From positions 20,829 to 84,828 of the forward strand of contig JAUVWI010000004.1 of NCBI GenBank assembly GCA_030604195.1: 64,000 bases of DNA, given 5' to 3'. Made by a program: the position numbers and the translations under genes. Shown here piece after piece: positions 9,291 to 17,829 of this stretch. Source of the DNA: Spirochaetales bacterium. Its GTDB lineage: Bacteria > Spirochaetota > Spirochaetia > SZUA-6 > DRHE01. The notes below the pieces were generated by a model, which saw only the letters and a program-made list of their open reading frames with translations, did no database searches and was not told the DNA's origin. Position 1 is the first letter of the stretch, and the number at the start of each line of letters is the position of its first letter.

Positions 9291-10806
9291 CGCATTTCTG
9301 ACAGATGTCCGGATATTCTCCCTTAAGCTGGTTTAAATAATAAACTTTTCCCTTTTCCCAGACTTCTGCCAGGCCCTGTTTCAGGACATTGCCGAGAATA
9401 TGGCCGGTTGAAATATCTTCTCTGCACAGGGGAACACTGCAGTCCAGGAGAATATTAACATCACGCTTAATATGCCAGCAGGGAAAGCGTTTGATTGGTG
9501 AAAGGTCAGTTACTTTGCGGTCAGGAAGCAAACCGCAAAATGAGTCATACTTCTGGATTATCACTTTCTCGTTCATTTTCTTCCATTCACGGTAGAATAT
9601 TTCCAGGTCATCCTCATTGCTTTTCATTCGAACTGCCTGTACATAAACCCGTTCCGGGAAATAATCCTTAAGCAGCTTAATAAACAATTTTGCCTCGGTA
9701 AAACCCTCGCCCCGTAAATCGCGGTATACAGCAGGCGTATGGGCATCGAGAGAAACAATCCACACAGGCAGCTTTTGCTTTTCGTCCATTTTTTCTTTAA
9801 GCTCGCTCAAGCAGCTTTCCTGCCAGCCTATTCCTGATGTTTCGATTAAAAGCCGCAGGTTTTTTTTGTTCTGCACATAACTGATAATTTCGACAATCGA
9901 GCTGTGGTAAGAGGGTTCTCCCCATAAAGATATGCTGATCACCGCATCCTCGCAGAACTCTTCGATCTGATCGACAATCTTCCGGAAATTGCTAAGTGTC
10001 ATTTCCCCTTTTTTTCCGGTTGATTTAATAGAAAACTGAGGATATGGACAGTATGAACAGAGCTGCGGACATCCTTCCACAATCTGAATATTGAAGAATG
10101 AGGGCAGAGTTCGCAGATATTCACCTTTATCCTGCAGTATATTACAGGTTGACAGGCTGTCTTTTGCCCCCGCCCCTATCAGGCGCTTAAGCAGTATGAA
10201 ATTCCTTTTACAATCAGCTGCCAGTGAAACCCTTAGCATACGCAGGTCTATCGGCGATATTTCAGTTTCAATATCAAAGGCATTGATATCTTTTTTTATC
10301 AGTTCAAAAATCGTATCTCTGCCAGGCTCCTTTTCACCATTTGCGGCAAGAGCTGCCAGAACGGGGATAGTTTTCGATCTTATAACTTCAGGGGTCAACC
10401 CATATGGATAGCCGTCGGCAAAAGTATAATCGGCAAAGTATTTTATATGATTGCCAAACATCTCTGCAGAAATAGTGTTATCGAGCAGGGGGCAATCTGC
10501 AAAGAGATAAAAAATATGATCATATTCATTAGCCAGTTCCTGCAAACTGGAAAGCAGTCCTGCCACCGTCCAATTTTCCTTGACCACAGCCTGCAGATCA
10601 GTTAAACCGCTTTCAGCTATCCTGGAACTGTCCTGCTCATTGGAAAGCAGGATAACTGTCTTTTTCACTTCCGGCAATAGACAGGAATAATCATACACTG
10701 CTTGTAAAGCATTTTTATTTTTAATGATCTTTTCCCACGCAAAGTGAGAGAGCTTTATTCCATTGAGCACCACAATATTTCTCATATATGTTGCAATTAT
10801 CGACAT
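9265..10806 (-). CDS. radical SAM / SPASM-domain protein (spiro-SPASM type) with N-terminal nucleotidyltransferase-like region
   Basis: The CxxxCxxC cluster is EGCPQLCSYCPYP. The C-terminal Cys-rich SPASM-like tail is CWHIKRD...CSVPLC...CQKCDEYY. About 230 aa at the N-terminus include FADCPLLD. The architecture matches the spirochaete-restricted spiro-SPASM family. Confidence 0.75.
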   Translation of the reverse strand: MSIIATYMRNIVVLNGIKLSHFAWEKIIKNKNALQAVYDYSCLLPEVKKTVILLSNEQDSSRIAESGLTDLQAVVKENWTVAGLLSSLQELANEYDHIFYLFADCPLLDNTISAEMFGNHIKYFADYTFADGYPYGLTPEVIRSKTIPVLAALAANGEKEPGRDTIFELIKKDINAFDIETEISPIDLRMLRVSLAADCKRNFILLKRLIGAGAKDSLSTCNILQDKGEYLRTLPSFFNIQIVEGCPQLCSYCPYPQFSIKSTGKKGEMTLSNFRKIVDQIEEFCEDAVISISLWGEPSYHSSIVEIISYVQNKKNLRLLIETSGIGWQESCLSELKEKMDEKQKLPVWIVSLDAHTPAVYRDLRGEGFTEAKLFIKLLKDYFPERVYVQAVRMKSNEDDLEIFYREWKKMNEKVIIQKYDSFCGLLPDRKVTDLSPIKRFPCWHIKRDVNILLDCSVPLCREDISTGHILGNVLKQGLAEVWEKGKVYYLNQLKGEYPDICQKCDEYYTYNF

Positions 10807-10872
10807 CTCCTAAAGACGCCTGTAACCTAGATTCTACTTTACCAAAGCTATTCTAATCTTTATAGTACTCCC

Positions 10873-12090
10873 ATGGCTGAAGCTGATAAATGTTACTCAG
10901 TCTCCCAGATTACCCGATTAATCCGCAGTATGCTGGAAGATCAGTTTGTAAATATCACCATAGAAGGAGAAATATCCAATTTCCGTCCTTCATCCACGGG
11001 TCACTATTATTTCAGTCTTAAAGATAAGGAAGCTATCATTTCTGTTGTAATGTTCAAAAACAGGCAGCTGCGCCTGGATTTTATGGTTGCGGATGGAATT
11101 CTGGTTAGAGCCACCGGTAATATATCGGTGTACGCTAAGCGGGGAAATTACCAGCTGATCTGCGAAAGCCTTACCAGATCAGGCCAGGGAGATATTCTGG
11201 CCAGGCTTGAGGAACGAAAGAGAAAACTTGCCGCAATGGGGCTTTTTGACAGCGACAGAAAAAAAAGCCTGCCCCTGTTTCCCTCAACCGTTGCTGTGGT
11301 AACCTCACCCACCGGGGCAGCCATACGCGATATTCTGCGTGTCTTGACGCGCCGAAATGCCGGGATCAATCTGATTGTGCTTCCGGCCCCGGTACAGGGT
11401 GAAACGGCTGCGGAAATTATCGCCGCTCAGATCCGCACCGCCAACAAGTATGCAATGGCTGAAGTAATTATTGTTACCAGGGGCGGCGGTTCCCTTGAAG
11501 ATCTGCTGCCCTTTTACGATGAATCAGTTGTAAAAGCCATTGCCGATTCAACTATCCCCGTTATCTCTGCCATTGGACATGAAATAGATATTACCTTAAC
11601 TGATCTGGCGGCCGACATGCGCGCTCCTACGCCGTCGGCAGCCGCAGAAATGGTTACAGCTTCACGCGTGGATCTAAGCCGCCGGGTTCAGGAGCTGAAA
11701 GCCCTTCTTCTAAGCCTGATGAGCGGGCGTCTTGAAAAAATAGATTTGCTGATCAGTCAATACAGCGCTGAAAATCTGGAACATAACTTCAGTATCTTTT
11801 TTCAATCCTTCTGGCAGAAGTATGATGAAATCAGAGAAGAGCTTTTGCTTACAGTGAAGAATATAATTATGCAGATAAAGCACCGGCTCGAACTTATCGC
11901 CAGTGAGCTGGCTGCTCATTCCCCGATGGATACCCTGAAAAGGGGTTATGCTGTAGTTGTGCACCGTCATACAGGCGAGGTACTCTTGTCCACCGAAAAA
12001 GTAAAATATGATGATGAACTTAAGATCCGCCTCTACAAAGGCGGTTTAACAGCCGGAGTAAAGGAGATTATGCCGGATGAAGAGCTTTGA
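10873..12090 (+). CDS. xseA: exodeoxyribonuclease VII large subunit
   Basis: The OB-fold N-terminus is YSVSQITRLIRSMLE...ITIEGEISN. The catalytic core has VVTSPTGAAIRDIL, RGGGSLEDL and HEIDITL. It overlaps xseB. Confidence 0.9.
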   Translation: MAEADKCYSVSQITRLIRSMLEDQFVNITIEGEISNFRPSSTGHYYFSLKDKEAIISVVMFKNRQLRLDFMVADGILVRATGNISVYAKRGNYQLICESLTRSGQGDILARLEERKRKLAAMGLFDSDRKKSLPLFPSTVAVVTSPTGAAIRDILRVLTRRNAGINLIVLPAPVQGETAAEIIAAQIRTANKYAMAEVIIVTRGGGSLEDLLPFYDESVVKAIADSTIPVISAIGHEIDITLTDLAADMRAPTPSAAAEMVTASRVDLSRRVQELKALLLSLMSGRLEKIDLLISQYSAENLEHNFSIFFQSFWQKYDEIREELLLTVKNIIMQIKHRLELIASELAAHSPMDTLKRGYAVVVHRHTGEVLLSTEKVKYDDELKIRLYKGGLTAGVKEIMPDEEL

Positions 12091-12331
12091 AGAACGATTA
12101 ACCTCTCTTGAAGAATTAACCGAAAAATTGAAAAGCGGAAATGTTTCGTTAGAGGAAGCTGTTTCCTTATTTGAACAGGGAATGAAGCTTTCCAGGGGGC
12201 TGGAGAAAGAGCTTTCCAGAATAGAGAAAAAGGTTGAGGTATTGATAAATGAACCGGAAAAAGATAATGAGGAACCGATCCTGGAACTCTTTCCTGAGCT
12301 TACCGACGACAACCAGGAGCAGCTTACCTGA
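12077..12331 (+). CDS. xseB: exodeoxyribonuclease VII small subunit
   Basis: 84 aa with SFEERLTSLEELTEKLKSGNVSLEEAVSLFEQGMKL, typical of XseB. It overlaps the 3' end of xseA by 14 nt. Confidence 0.85.
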   Translation: MKSFEERLTSLEELTEKLKSGNVSLEEAVSLFEQGMKLSRGLEKELSRIEKKVEVLINEPEKDNEEPILELFPELTDDNQEQLT

Positions 12332-12746
12332 AATCCGTGGGTAAACCGATTTTATAACCTGGCTCCACATCTAAATCCCTGAATGTTCCCTGCAGAACTT
12401 CCAGAGCATAGCGGGCTGAACGCCTGGAGCGCACCGTACGCAGAGAGAGAGGTTTCAGATCCTCTATCTGCAGTATCTCCCCGTTCTTTGCCAGGAAGGC
12501 AATTGAAAGTGGTATATGGGTATCTTTCATCCAGAAGGCAAGGTACTGATCCGCTGGAAAAACAAAGAGCATACCCTCTCCGGCTTCAAGATTCTTACGG
12601 AACATGAGCCCTTTCTGCCTCTGTTCCGGTGTACGCGCCACCTCTACTCTGAAATCCTCACCGCCAATAGTAATAGTAATACGCTCAACATGCTCACCAC
12701 AGGCGAAGTTGAGCAAAGAAATTAATGCCAAAAAAACAATACGCAA
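12324..12746 (-). CDS. DUF192 domain protein
   Basis: It has a signal peptide plus GLMFRKNL...GMLFVF...FWMKDTHIPLSIAF, the DUF192 signature. Confidence 0.8.
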   Translation of the reverse strand: MRIVFLALISLLNFACGEHVERITITIGGEDFRVEVARTPEQRQKGLMFRKNLEAGEGMLFVFPADQYLAFWMKDTHIPLSIAFLAKNGEILQIEDLKPLSLRTVRSRRSARYALEVLQGTFRDLDVEPGYKIGLPTDFR

Positions 12747-12768
12747 TATCCCAGCTTTTTTCTTAATT

Positions 12769-13314
12769 TTAAAATTCCTTTAAGAATTCTTTCCGGTAAT
12801 ATTCAAGGATACTATCTTTAGCCTTGCCCTGATCTTGCAGTTGGTTGAAAACCGGAAGATGTATGTATTTTACGGTTAGCGGCTTCTCTAATGAAAGCCT
12901 GATCTCTTCAGAGCTCCACACTGCAGCTGAAGGGTCCAGATAAGTGGGCAGACCGTATTTTTCGTTTAGAGTGGTAAACATGGAAAAATAATCCACTTCC
13001 TTTATATTCAGGACCAGGATGATTATGAATAGTTTTTCCTGCTCAAACTGGAAATAGCCACGGCTGATATAGGTCTTCCCGGGACATTCGATCAATGTCT
13101 GTTTTGGCAGCGGTAGAAAGCTGACATCCGGGTCTCCGCGGTAATAAAAAAGCTCATCCTTTAGAAGAAGTTCTTTCACCTGCTCCAGTTCCATGCCCAG
13201 TTCGATTCCATGGAAGCCGCGGGGCAGTTTCGCGGCTGAATCATCCTGATCCTGGCTTACTGCTGCGGCTGCCGGAAAAAGAATGAGGATTATAAATATT
13301 AGATAGAGTTTCAT
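12769..13314 (-). CDS. hypothetical secreted protein
   Basis: It has a signal peptide (MKLYLIFIILILFPAAAAVSQ) and clean ORF spacing. No motif recognised. Confidence 0.45.
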   Translation of the reverse strand: MKLYLIFIILILFPAAAAVSQDQDDSAAKLPRGFHGIELGMELEQVKELLLKDELFYYRGDPDVSFLPLPKQTLIECPGKTYISRGYFQFEQEKLFIIILVLNIKEVDYFSMFTTLNEKYGLPTYLDPSAAVWSSEEIRLSLEKPLTVKYIHLPVFNQLQDQGKAKDSILEYYRKEFLKEF

Positions 13315-13363
13315 CTAGTATCAAATACTCGACATTTTTGAATAAAACATTAAAATATAAATT

Positions 13364-15049
13364 ATGATAAAACTCACCTCTCTCCTTATAATCATTGCTG
13401 TTTTTACCGGCTGTGCCACTTCCAGCGGCACTATATATGAAGATACGGTTGCAGCTGAGAGCTCCCAGAGTTCAGGTAGCGGTGATGAACAAAACGCTCC
13501 TGAAGACGAAAAACAGGGACTGGAAATACTCTCCGATCCAGAAGATGCAGCTGTCTATTTAAACAATAATTTTGTCGGCACCACCCCCCTGATGATCGAG
13601 GGAATAAGCCGCGGTCGTTACCGGGTGACCATAGTTAAACAAGGCTATTACGAACATACCAGTTGGATTGATTACTACAGTGATCATTTAATATATCATG
13701 CTGATCTGGAGGCCATTACCGGTTTTATCAGGATCACAGCTGATCCGCAGAATGCGGAGATAAGCGTTGGTGATCAATTTATCAGCTCCGGAAGCAATAT
13801 TAAGATCCCTATAGGCCGTTATCAGGTTATGGTGCGGTCCTTCGGCTATGAAGACTATGTTGCTGCTGTACAAATCACTGAAGGAGAGCTTACCTCTCTA
13901 TCTGTAAAATTGGAAAAAGCGGAATTCAACTTATCCCCCCTTAAGTTGAGCCGCAAGGCCTTTAATCCTGCTAATTTCGGCTCCCTGGGTAAAACCAGGA
14001 TATCCTTTGACGTTACTGCTCCCGGTTTTGCAACTGTTCTGATTGTTGAAAAATCCACGGGAACGGAGGTTGACAACTTTTCTCTGGGCCCTTTTACCAC
14101 CTGGGAGCAGTCCTTTGAATGGGCCGGCAGACGCAGTGACGGTGGAATCCTGCCGGACGGCAGCTACCAGGTAATTGTGAAGGCCCTTGCGGCGGAGCCC
14201 CCCGCAGACCCTGCTACAGACCAGGCTGTGCAATCCGGCGCAGCCCAACTTTCACACCAATTTATTGAACAAGCTCTGATAACCCTGGACAGCTCACTAA
14301 TAATTACCTACCGTTCTCTCTGGAATGGCAGTTCCGGCCTGCTCTACGCACCCGGTCCCGAAGTTCTGCCCTGGCCGGATATACAGCTCTCATCCCTGGT
14401 TCTGGCCCATGTTGAGGCAAACAACGGCGATTATAGTTACAGGGCGCCCTGGAACCTGGGCCTGCGCCTGGGCCTGGGCCTGAAAAACAACCTGGAGCTC
14501 ACCGCCCTGGCCGGTTTCATTGCCGGCTATTATCAGGACATTCCGTTTTACGCCTCCGCCTCTTTAAAATCGCCCCTTTTTACCGCCGGACAAAATCCGG
14601 GTATCGAATCGGCCGCTTTGATTAAACTCTCCTACCAGCAGGCAACCACCGATACTTTTGCTAACTTTACCGGGCTCTCCGGCGGCTTTCCTCTAAGGCT
14701 GAAACTCTCGCCCTTCAGCATACTGCTCTCACCGGAGATAATCATTTCGCCATTGCAGGTTTCCTACTCAGATTCCGGCGGGCAGGAGCCTTTTCCCTAT
14801 GTCTGGATGTACGGCAAGGGCGGTATTCTCTTTGACAGCGGGCCGCTGGTTGCAGGGCTTTCTGTCGCTTTCAGATCCACACCATTTTCACAAGGGTTTC
14901 AGCTGGACCTGCCTTTTCAGTCGGCCGCGGAACTCCACCTGCTCCTGCCCGGAACCCAGTTATTTCTTTCACTGGCCGCAGCCGGCGAGTTCAGAAGCAT
15001 TGATAATTTTTATCTGATGACCGGAGGGGGGTTGGGTCTGCTCTTTTAG
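13364..15049 (+). CDS. PEGA-domain lipoprotein with C-terminal beta-rich region
   Basis: The lipobox is VFTGC. Two PEGA-like repeats are present (SDPEDAAVYLNNNFVGTTPL and ADPQNAEISVGDQFI). An Ig-like middle is followed by a Gly/Leu-rich C-terminal part. Confidence 0.6.
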   Translation: MIKLTSLLIIIAVFTGCATSSGTIYEDTVAAESSQSSGSGDEQNAPEDEKQGLEILSDPEDAAVYLNNNFVGTTPLMIEGISRGRYRVTIVKQGYYEHTSWIDYYSDHLIYHADLEAITGFIRITADPQNAEISVGDQFISSGSNIKIPIGRYQVMVRSFGYEDYVAAVQITEGELTSLSVKLEKAEFNLSPLKLSRKAFNPANFGSLGKTRISFDVTAPGFATVLIVEKSTGTEVDNFSLGPFTTWEQSFEWAGRRSDGGILPDGSYQVIVKALAAEPPADPATDQAVQSGAAQLSHQFIEQALITLDSSLIITYRSLWNGSSGLLYAPGPEVLPWPDIQLSSLVLAHVEANNGDYSYRAPWNLGLRLGLGLKNNLELTALAGFIAGYYQDIPFYASASLKSPLFTAGQNPGIESAALIKLSYQQATTDTFANFTGLSGGFPLRLKLSPFSILLSPEIIISPLQVSYSDSGGQEPFPYVWMYGKGGILFDSGPLVAGLSVAFRSTPFSQGFQLDLPFQSAAELHLLLPGTQLFLSLAAAGEFRSIDNFYLMTGGGLGLLF

Positions 15050-15339
15050 GCCCGCGGCACAACTACACAAATGTTATTGATCTCATTCAATTCCTTATCT
15101 GTGGGCTTATAGCCGGTTCCGGCATTATAAGTGGCTATTGAGTCGGCAATCTGTTTCATTAAAGAGGAGTTTTGTAATACATATAAAGTTTCCTGCTCTT
15201 GTTCCCAATCTTCCGCACTAAGTACAATGAAATCTCTTCCAGCTCTACGGCGAACTTTAATAGGTTCATGTTCAGAAATGGCCTGATCAACATAACTTTT
15301 AATATTTGCCCTGAATTTATTTACTGATAATTCATGCAT
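15046..15339 (-). CDS. Phd/YefM-family antitoxin-like protein (no cognate toxin gene visible)
   Basis: From the internal ATG at 15339, MHELSVNKFRANIKSYVDQAISEHEPIKVRRRAGRDFIVLSAEDWEQEQETLYVLQN matches the YefM/Phd N-domain. The downstream space on this strand is occupied by a convergent gene. Confidence 0.7.
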   Translation of the reverse strand: MHELSVNKFRANIKSYVDQAISEHEPIKVRRRAGRDFIVLSAEDWEQEQETLYVLQNSSLMKQIADSIATYNAGTGYKPTDKELNEINNICVVVPRA

Positions 15340-15397
15340 TTTAAAAACCTTCCATTTTTTATTTAATGTACGGTTTTGTCGTACATTTGTCAATTAT

Positions 15398-15748
15398 TTA
15401 TTCTGCATTATCCCTTCTCAGTGGGCTGGAACCCAGGCAGGCAAGCTGTTTATTCAGGTTCTGCTCGATAACAGACTCCACACAGCTGAGCAAGCGCGGA
15501 AGGCAGGGGGTCTCCAGAGAGTAATATACCACAGTGCCCTGCTTTTTATCGATTATTATGCCGGCATTCTTCAGAATGGAGAGGTGCTTGGAAACCGTTG
15601 AAGTATCGGCTCCGATCATGGCTGTAAGTTCGCAGACGCAGTAGGGTTTTTCAGAGAGCTTTTCCACTATAAAAATCCTGCTTGGATGAGCCAGGGCTTT
15701 CAAAATGGCTGCCCGCCCCTGGCTTCTCAATTTTTCTGTTTCTGTCAC
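15398..15748 (-). CDS. arsR: ArsR/SmtB-family metalloregulator
   Basis: The wHTH region has ILKALAHPSRIFIVEKL, the metal-site CVCEL, and TVSKHLSILKNAGII. It is divergent from the ars structural genes. Confidence 0.85.
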   Translation of the reverse strand: MTETEKLRSQGRAAILKALAHPSRIFIVEKLSEKPYCVCELTAMIGADTSTVSKHLSILKNAGIIIDKKQGTVVYYSLETPCLPRLLSCVESVIEQNLNKQLACLGSSPLRRDNAE

Positions 15749-15835
15749 AACCGGTCTCCTTTTTTATTATTTGGCTATTTTCCCAAATTTACCCAAATCG
15801 GTCAAGTCCGTTCAAATAGAGCAATGGAAAAAGTC

Positions 15836-15873
15836 TTGACAATTCGAGTTATTATTGGCTATATTGCCAAATA
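15836..15873 (+). promoter_or_regulatory. promoter with palindromic operator (copy 1) of the ars unit
   Basis: TTGACA (15836-15841) is followed by an 18-nt spacer and TATATT (15860-15865). The palindrome TTGGC-tatatt-GCCAA (15855-15870) overlaps the -10. The 23-nt string attattggctatattgccaaata (15851-15873) recurs exactly at 17159-17181. Confidence 0.55.
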
Positions 15874-15913
15874 AGAAACAATTTATTCTAATCTGTAATA
15901 AGAAGAGGTTATA

Positions 15914-16363
15914 GTGTTGTTTAAAACCACTGTTTCAAAAGTTATTTTTTTTCTTAGCCTGCTGATGCTGGCTGTCGGCTGTTCTAAGGGCGAACCCCAG
16001 GATCTATCCCTTCAGGAGGAAACCACTATCACGAGCCGGGAATCCGCTAATCCTGATGACAAAAGACATCTCGAAGCAGGATACAAGGTTATTTTTATCG
16101 AGTTAGGCTCGGTGAAATGCATCCCCTGTATGAAGATGCAGATCATTATGGAGGAAATTGAACAGGAATTCGGCGATCAAGTAAAGATTGTTTTCTATGA
16201 TGTCTGGACCCCACAAGGCAAACCGTATGCCCTACAGTACGCCATCCGTGTAATCCCTACACAGGTCTTCCTGGATCGTGAAGGAAATGAGTATTTCCGT
16301 CATGAAGGATTCTTTCCCAAAGAAGAGCTATTGGAAATACTCCGGTTAAAAGGTGTTCAGTGA
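15914..16363 (+). CDS. thioredoxin-fold lipoprotein (CxxC)
   Basis: The lipobox is LAVGC. The thioredoxin-like active site is GSVKCIPCMKM. The start is GTG. It overlaps ccdA by 4 nt. Confidence 0.75.
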   Translation: MLFKTTVSKVIFFLSLLMLAVGCSKGEPQDLSLQEETTITSRESANPDDKRHLEAGYKVIFIELGSVKCIPCMKMQIIMEEIEQEFGDQVKIVFYDVWTPQGKPYALQYAIRVIPTQVFLDREGNEYFRHEGFFPKEELLEILRLKGVQ

Positions 16364-17073
16364 TCAGCCTTTTTACTACGATCTCCAGCATGCTCGAGGC
16401 CTCCCTGGTGCTCGCATTGCTCGGTGCTTTTTTGTGGGGCCTCGTAAGTGTGCTCTTAAGCCCATGTCACCTTGCCGGCATCCCTCTAATTGTCGGTTTT
16501 ATCAACGACCAGAGAAATGGTTCCAGCCGAAACCCGATAGTACTCTCCTCTGTCTTTGCCCTGGGAAATTTGGTAACCATCGCTGGAATCGGACTTGTTA
16601 CCGGGCTCATGGGCAAACTACTAGGTGACTTGGGCGGCTTCGGACGATATTTCCCTTTGGCGCTGTTTTTACTCTTCGGGCTCTACCTTTTAGGCGTACT
16701 ACCCCTTTCATTCGGCGAGACCTCACTTTTAGGTAAGGTCCGTATCCGGGGTCCATTGGCTGCGCTTCTTCTAGGGCTTCTTTTCGGAATCGCTCTCGGA
16801 CCCTGCTCGTTCGCTTTCCTTGCACCGGTAATCGGTATAGCGTTACAGGCTGCGGTAACCAACATGGCTTTTTCTATCGGATTGTTTCTGGCCTATGCTG
16901 TCGGACATTGCCTGGTGATAATCCTGGCCGGTTCTTTTTCAGAGTTGGTGCGTCAGTTCCTGAAGTGGGATGAACGATCCAGGGGAACACTTTGGATCAA
17001 GAGGGTATGCGGAGCCTCGTTGATAGCCGGAAGCCTCTATTTTTTGTTGACGGAAATCCTCAGAACAGTATAA
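16360..17073 (+). CDS. ccdA: cytochrome c biogenesis CcdA/DsbD-type thiol-disulfide transporter
   Basis: It is a polytopic membrane protein. The two conserved Cys-containing TM motifs are LSPCHLAGIPL and LGPCSFAFLAP. Confidence 0.8.
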   Translation: MISLFTTISSMLEASLVLALLGAFLWGLVSVLLSPCHLAGIPLIVGFINDQRNGSSRNPIVLSSVFALGNLVTIAGIGLVTGLMGKLLGDLGGFGRYFPLALFLLFGLYLLGVLPLSFGETSLLGKVRIRGPLAALLLGLLFGIALGPCSFAFLAPVIGIALQAAVTNMAFSIGLFLAYAVGHCLVIILAGSFSELVRQFLKWDERSRGTLWIKRVCGASLIAGSLYFLLTEILRTV

Positions 17074-17144
17074 ACCATGCCCCCAAATGTATGATATTCA
17101 CCAACGTTCCGTACATAGCAGTATTTAGTGTGTTCTTACATGAC

Positions 17145-17181
17145 TTGAATTATTTATAATTATTGGCTATATTGCCAAATA
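17145..17181 (+). promoter_or_regulatory. second promoter with identical palindromic operator (copy 2) inside the ars cluster
   Basis: TTGAAT (17145-17150) is followed by a 17-nt spacer and TATATT (17168-17173). The palindrome TTGGC-tatatt-GCCAA lies at 17163-17178. The 23-nt identity to 15851-15873 spans 17159-17181. Confidence 0.55.
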
Positions 17182-17213
17182 GGAAATATTTGCTTAAGGT
17201 GGAGGTAAACAAT

Positions 17214-17453
17214 ATGAAAATTCAAATACTGGGAACGGGTTGTGCCAAATGCAAGATGCTCGAACAGCACACCCTGGAAGCGTTACGTGTTTCAGGCATA
17301 CAGGCGGAGGTGGAAAAGGTTACCGACCTCAGCGAGATCATGAACATGGGTGTAATGCTGACCCCGGCGCTTGCTGTTGACGGAACTGTAAAAAGTGCCG
17401 GCAAGGTGCTTAGCAAAGATCAGATCACCGGGATCCTGAGGGGAGGGAATTAA
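17214..17453 (+). CDS. small thioredoxin-family protein (redox-active disulfide protein 2 type)
   Basis: MKIQILGTGCAKCKML...TPALAVDG is typical of this about 80-aa family. The RBS AAGGTGGAGG lies upstream of the ATG at 17214. The track start at 17163 is a TTG inside the operator and was rejected. Confidence 0.8.
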   Translation: MKIQILGTGCAKCKMLEQHTLEALRVSGIQAEVEKVTDLSEIMNMGVMLTPALAVDGTVKSAGKVLSKDQITGILRGGN

Positions 17454-17454
17454 C

Positions 17455-17829
17455 ATGGATGAATGCTGCTGCGGCACGGATCAGCCCATCACCTTAATCT
17501 ATACCTGCTCGGGGGCGGCAAATACAGGCTACCTGGCAGACCAGATTGCCCGTCAATTGGCCAAGGAAGGCGCTGGTAAGCTAACCTGCCTGGCCGCAAT
17601 GGGCGCGAATCTTTCCGGTTTTGTGGAATCTGCCCGATCTGCTTACAGGAACCTGGTAATCGACGGCTGTCCTGTATCATGCGGGTTGAAGATTTTCGAG
17701 AAACTGGGCTTACCGTACGAACACCAGATAATGACCAATCACAGGGTGGAGAAGGGTAAAACCACTATCACCGAAGAGCTGATCCAACAGGTAAAAGAAA
17801 CCGTGAAGTCGGATTTGGCTTGTGGCTGA
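17455..17829 (+). CDS. DGC-domain putative zinc-binding protein
   Basis: IYTCSGAANTGYLADQIARQL and the eponymous VIDGCPVSC motif are present. This family is often found in ars operons. Confidence 0.6.
   Translation: MDECCCGTDQPITLIYTCSGAANTGYLADQIARQLAKEGAGKLTCLAAMGANLSGFVESARSAYRNLVIDGCPVSCGLKIFEKLGLPYEHQIMTNHRVEKGKTTITEELIQQVKETVKSDLACG

Noticed and set aside
17163-17213. The longest-ORF start (TTG at 17163) for the small thioredoxin gene
   Set aside because: That TTG lies inside the palindromic operator and -10 element. The ATG at 17214 has a strong RBS and gives the canonical MKIQILGTGCAKC N-terminus.
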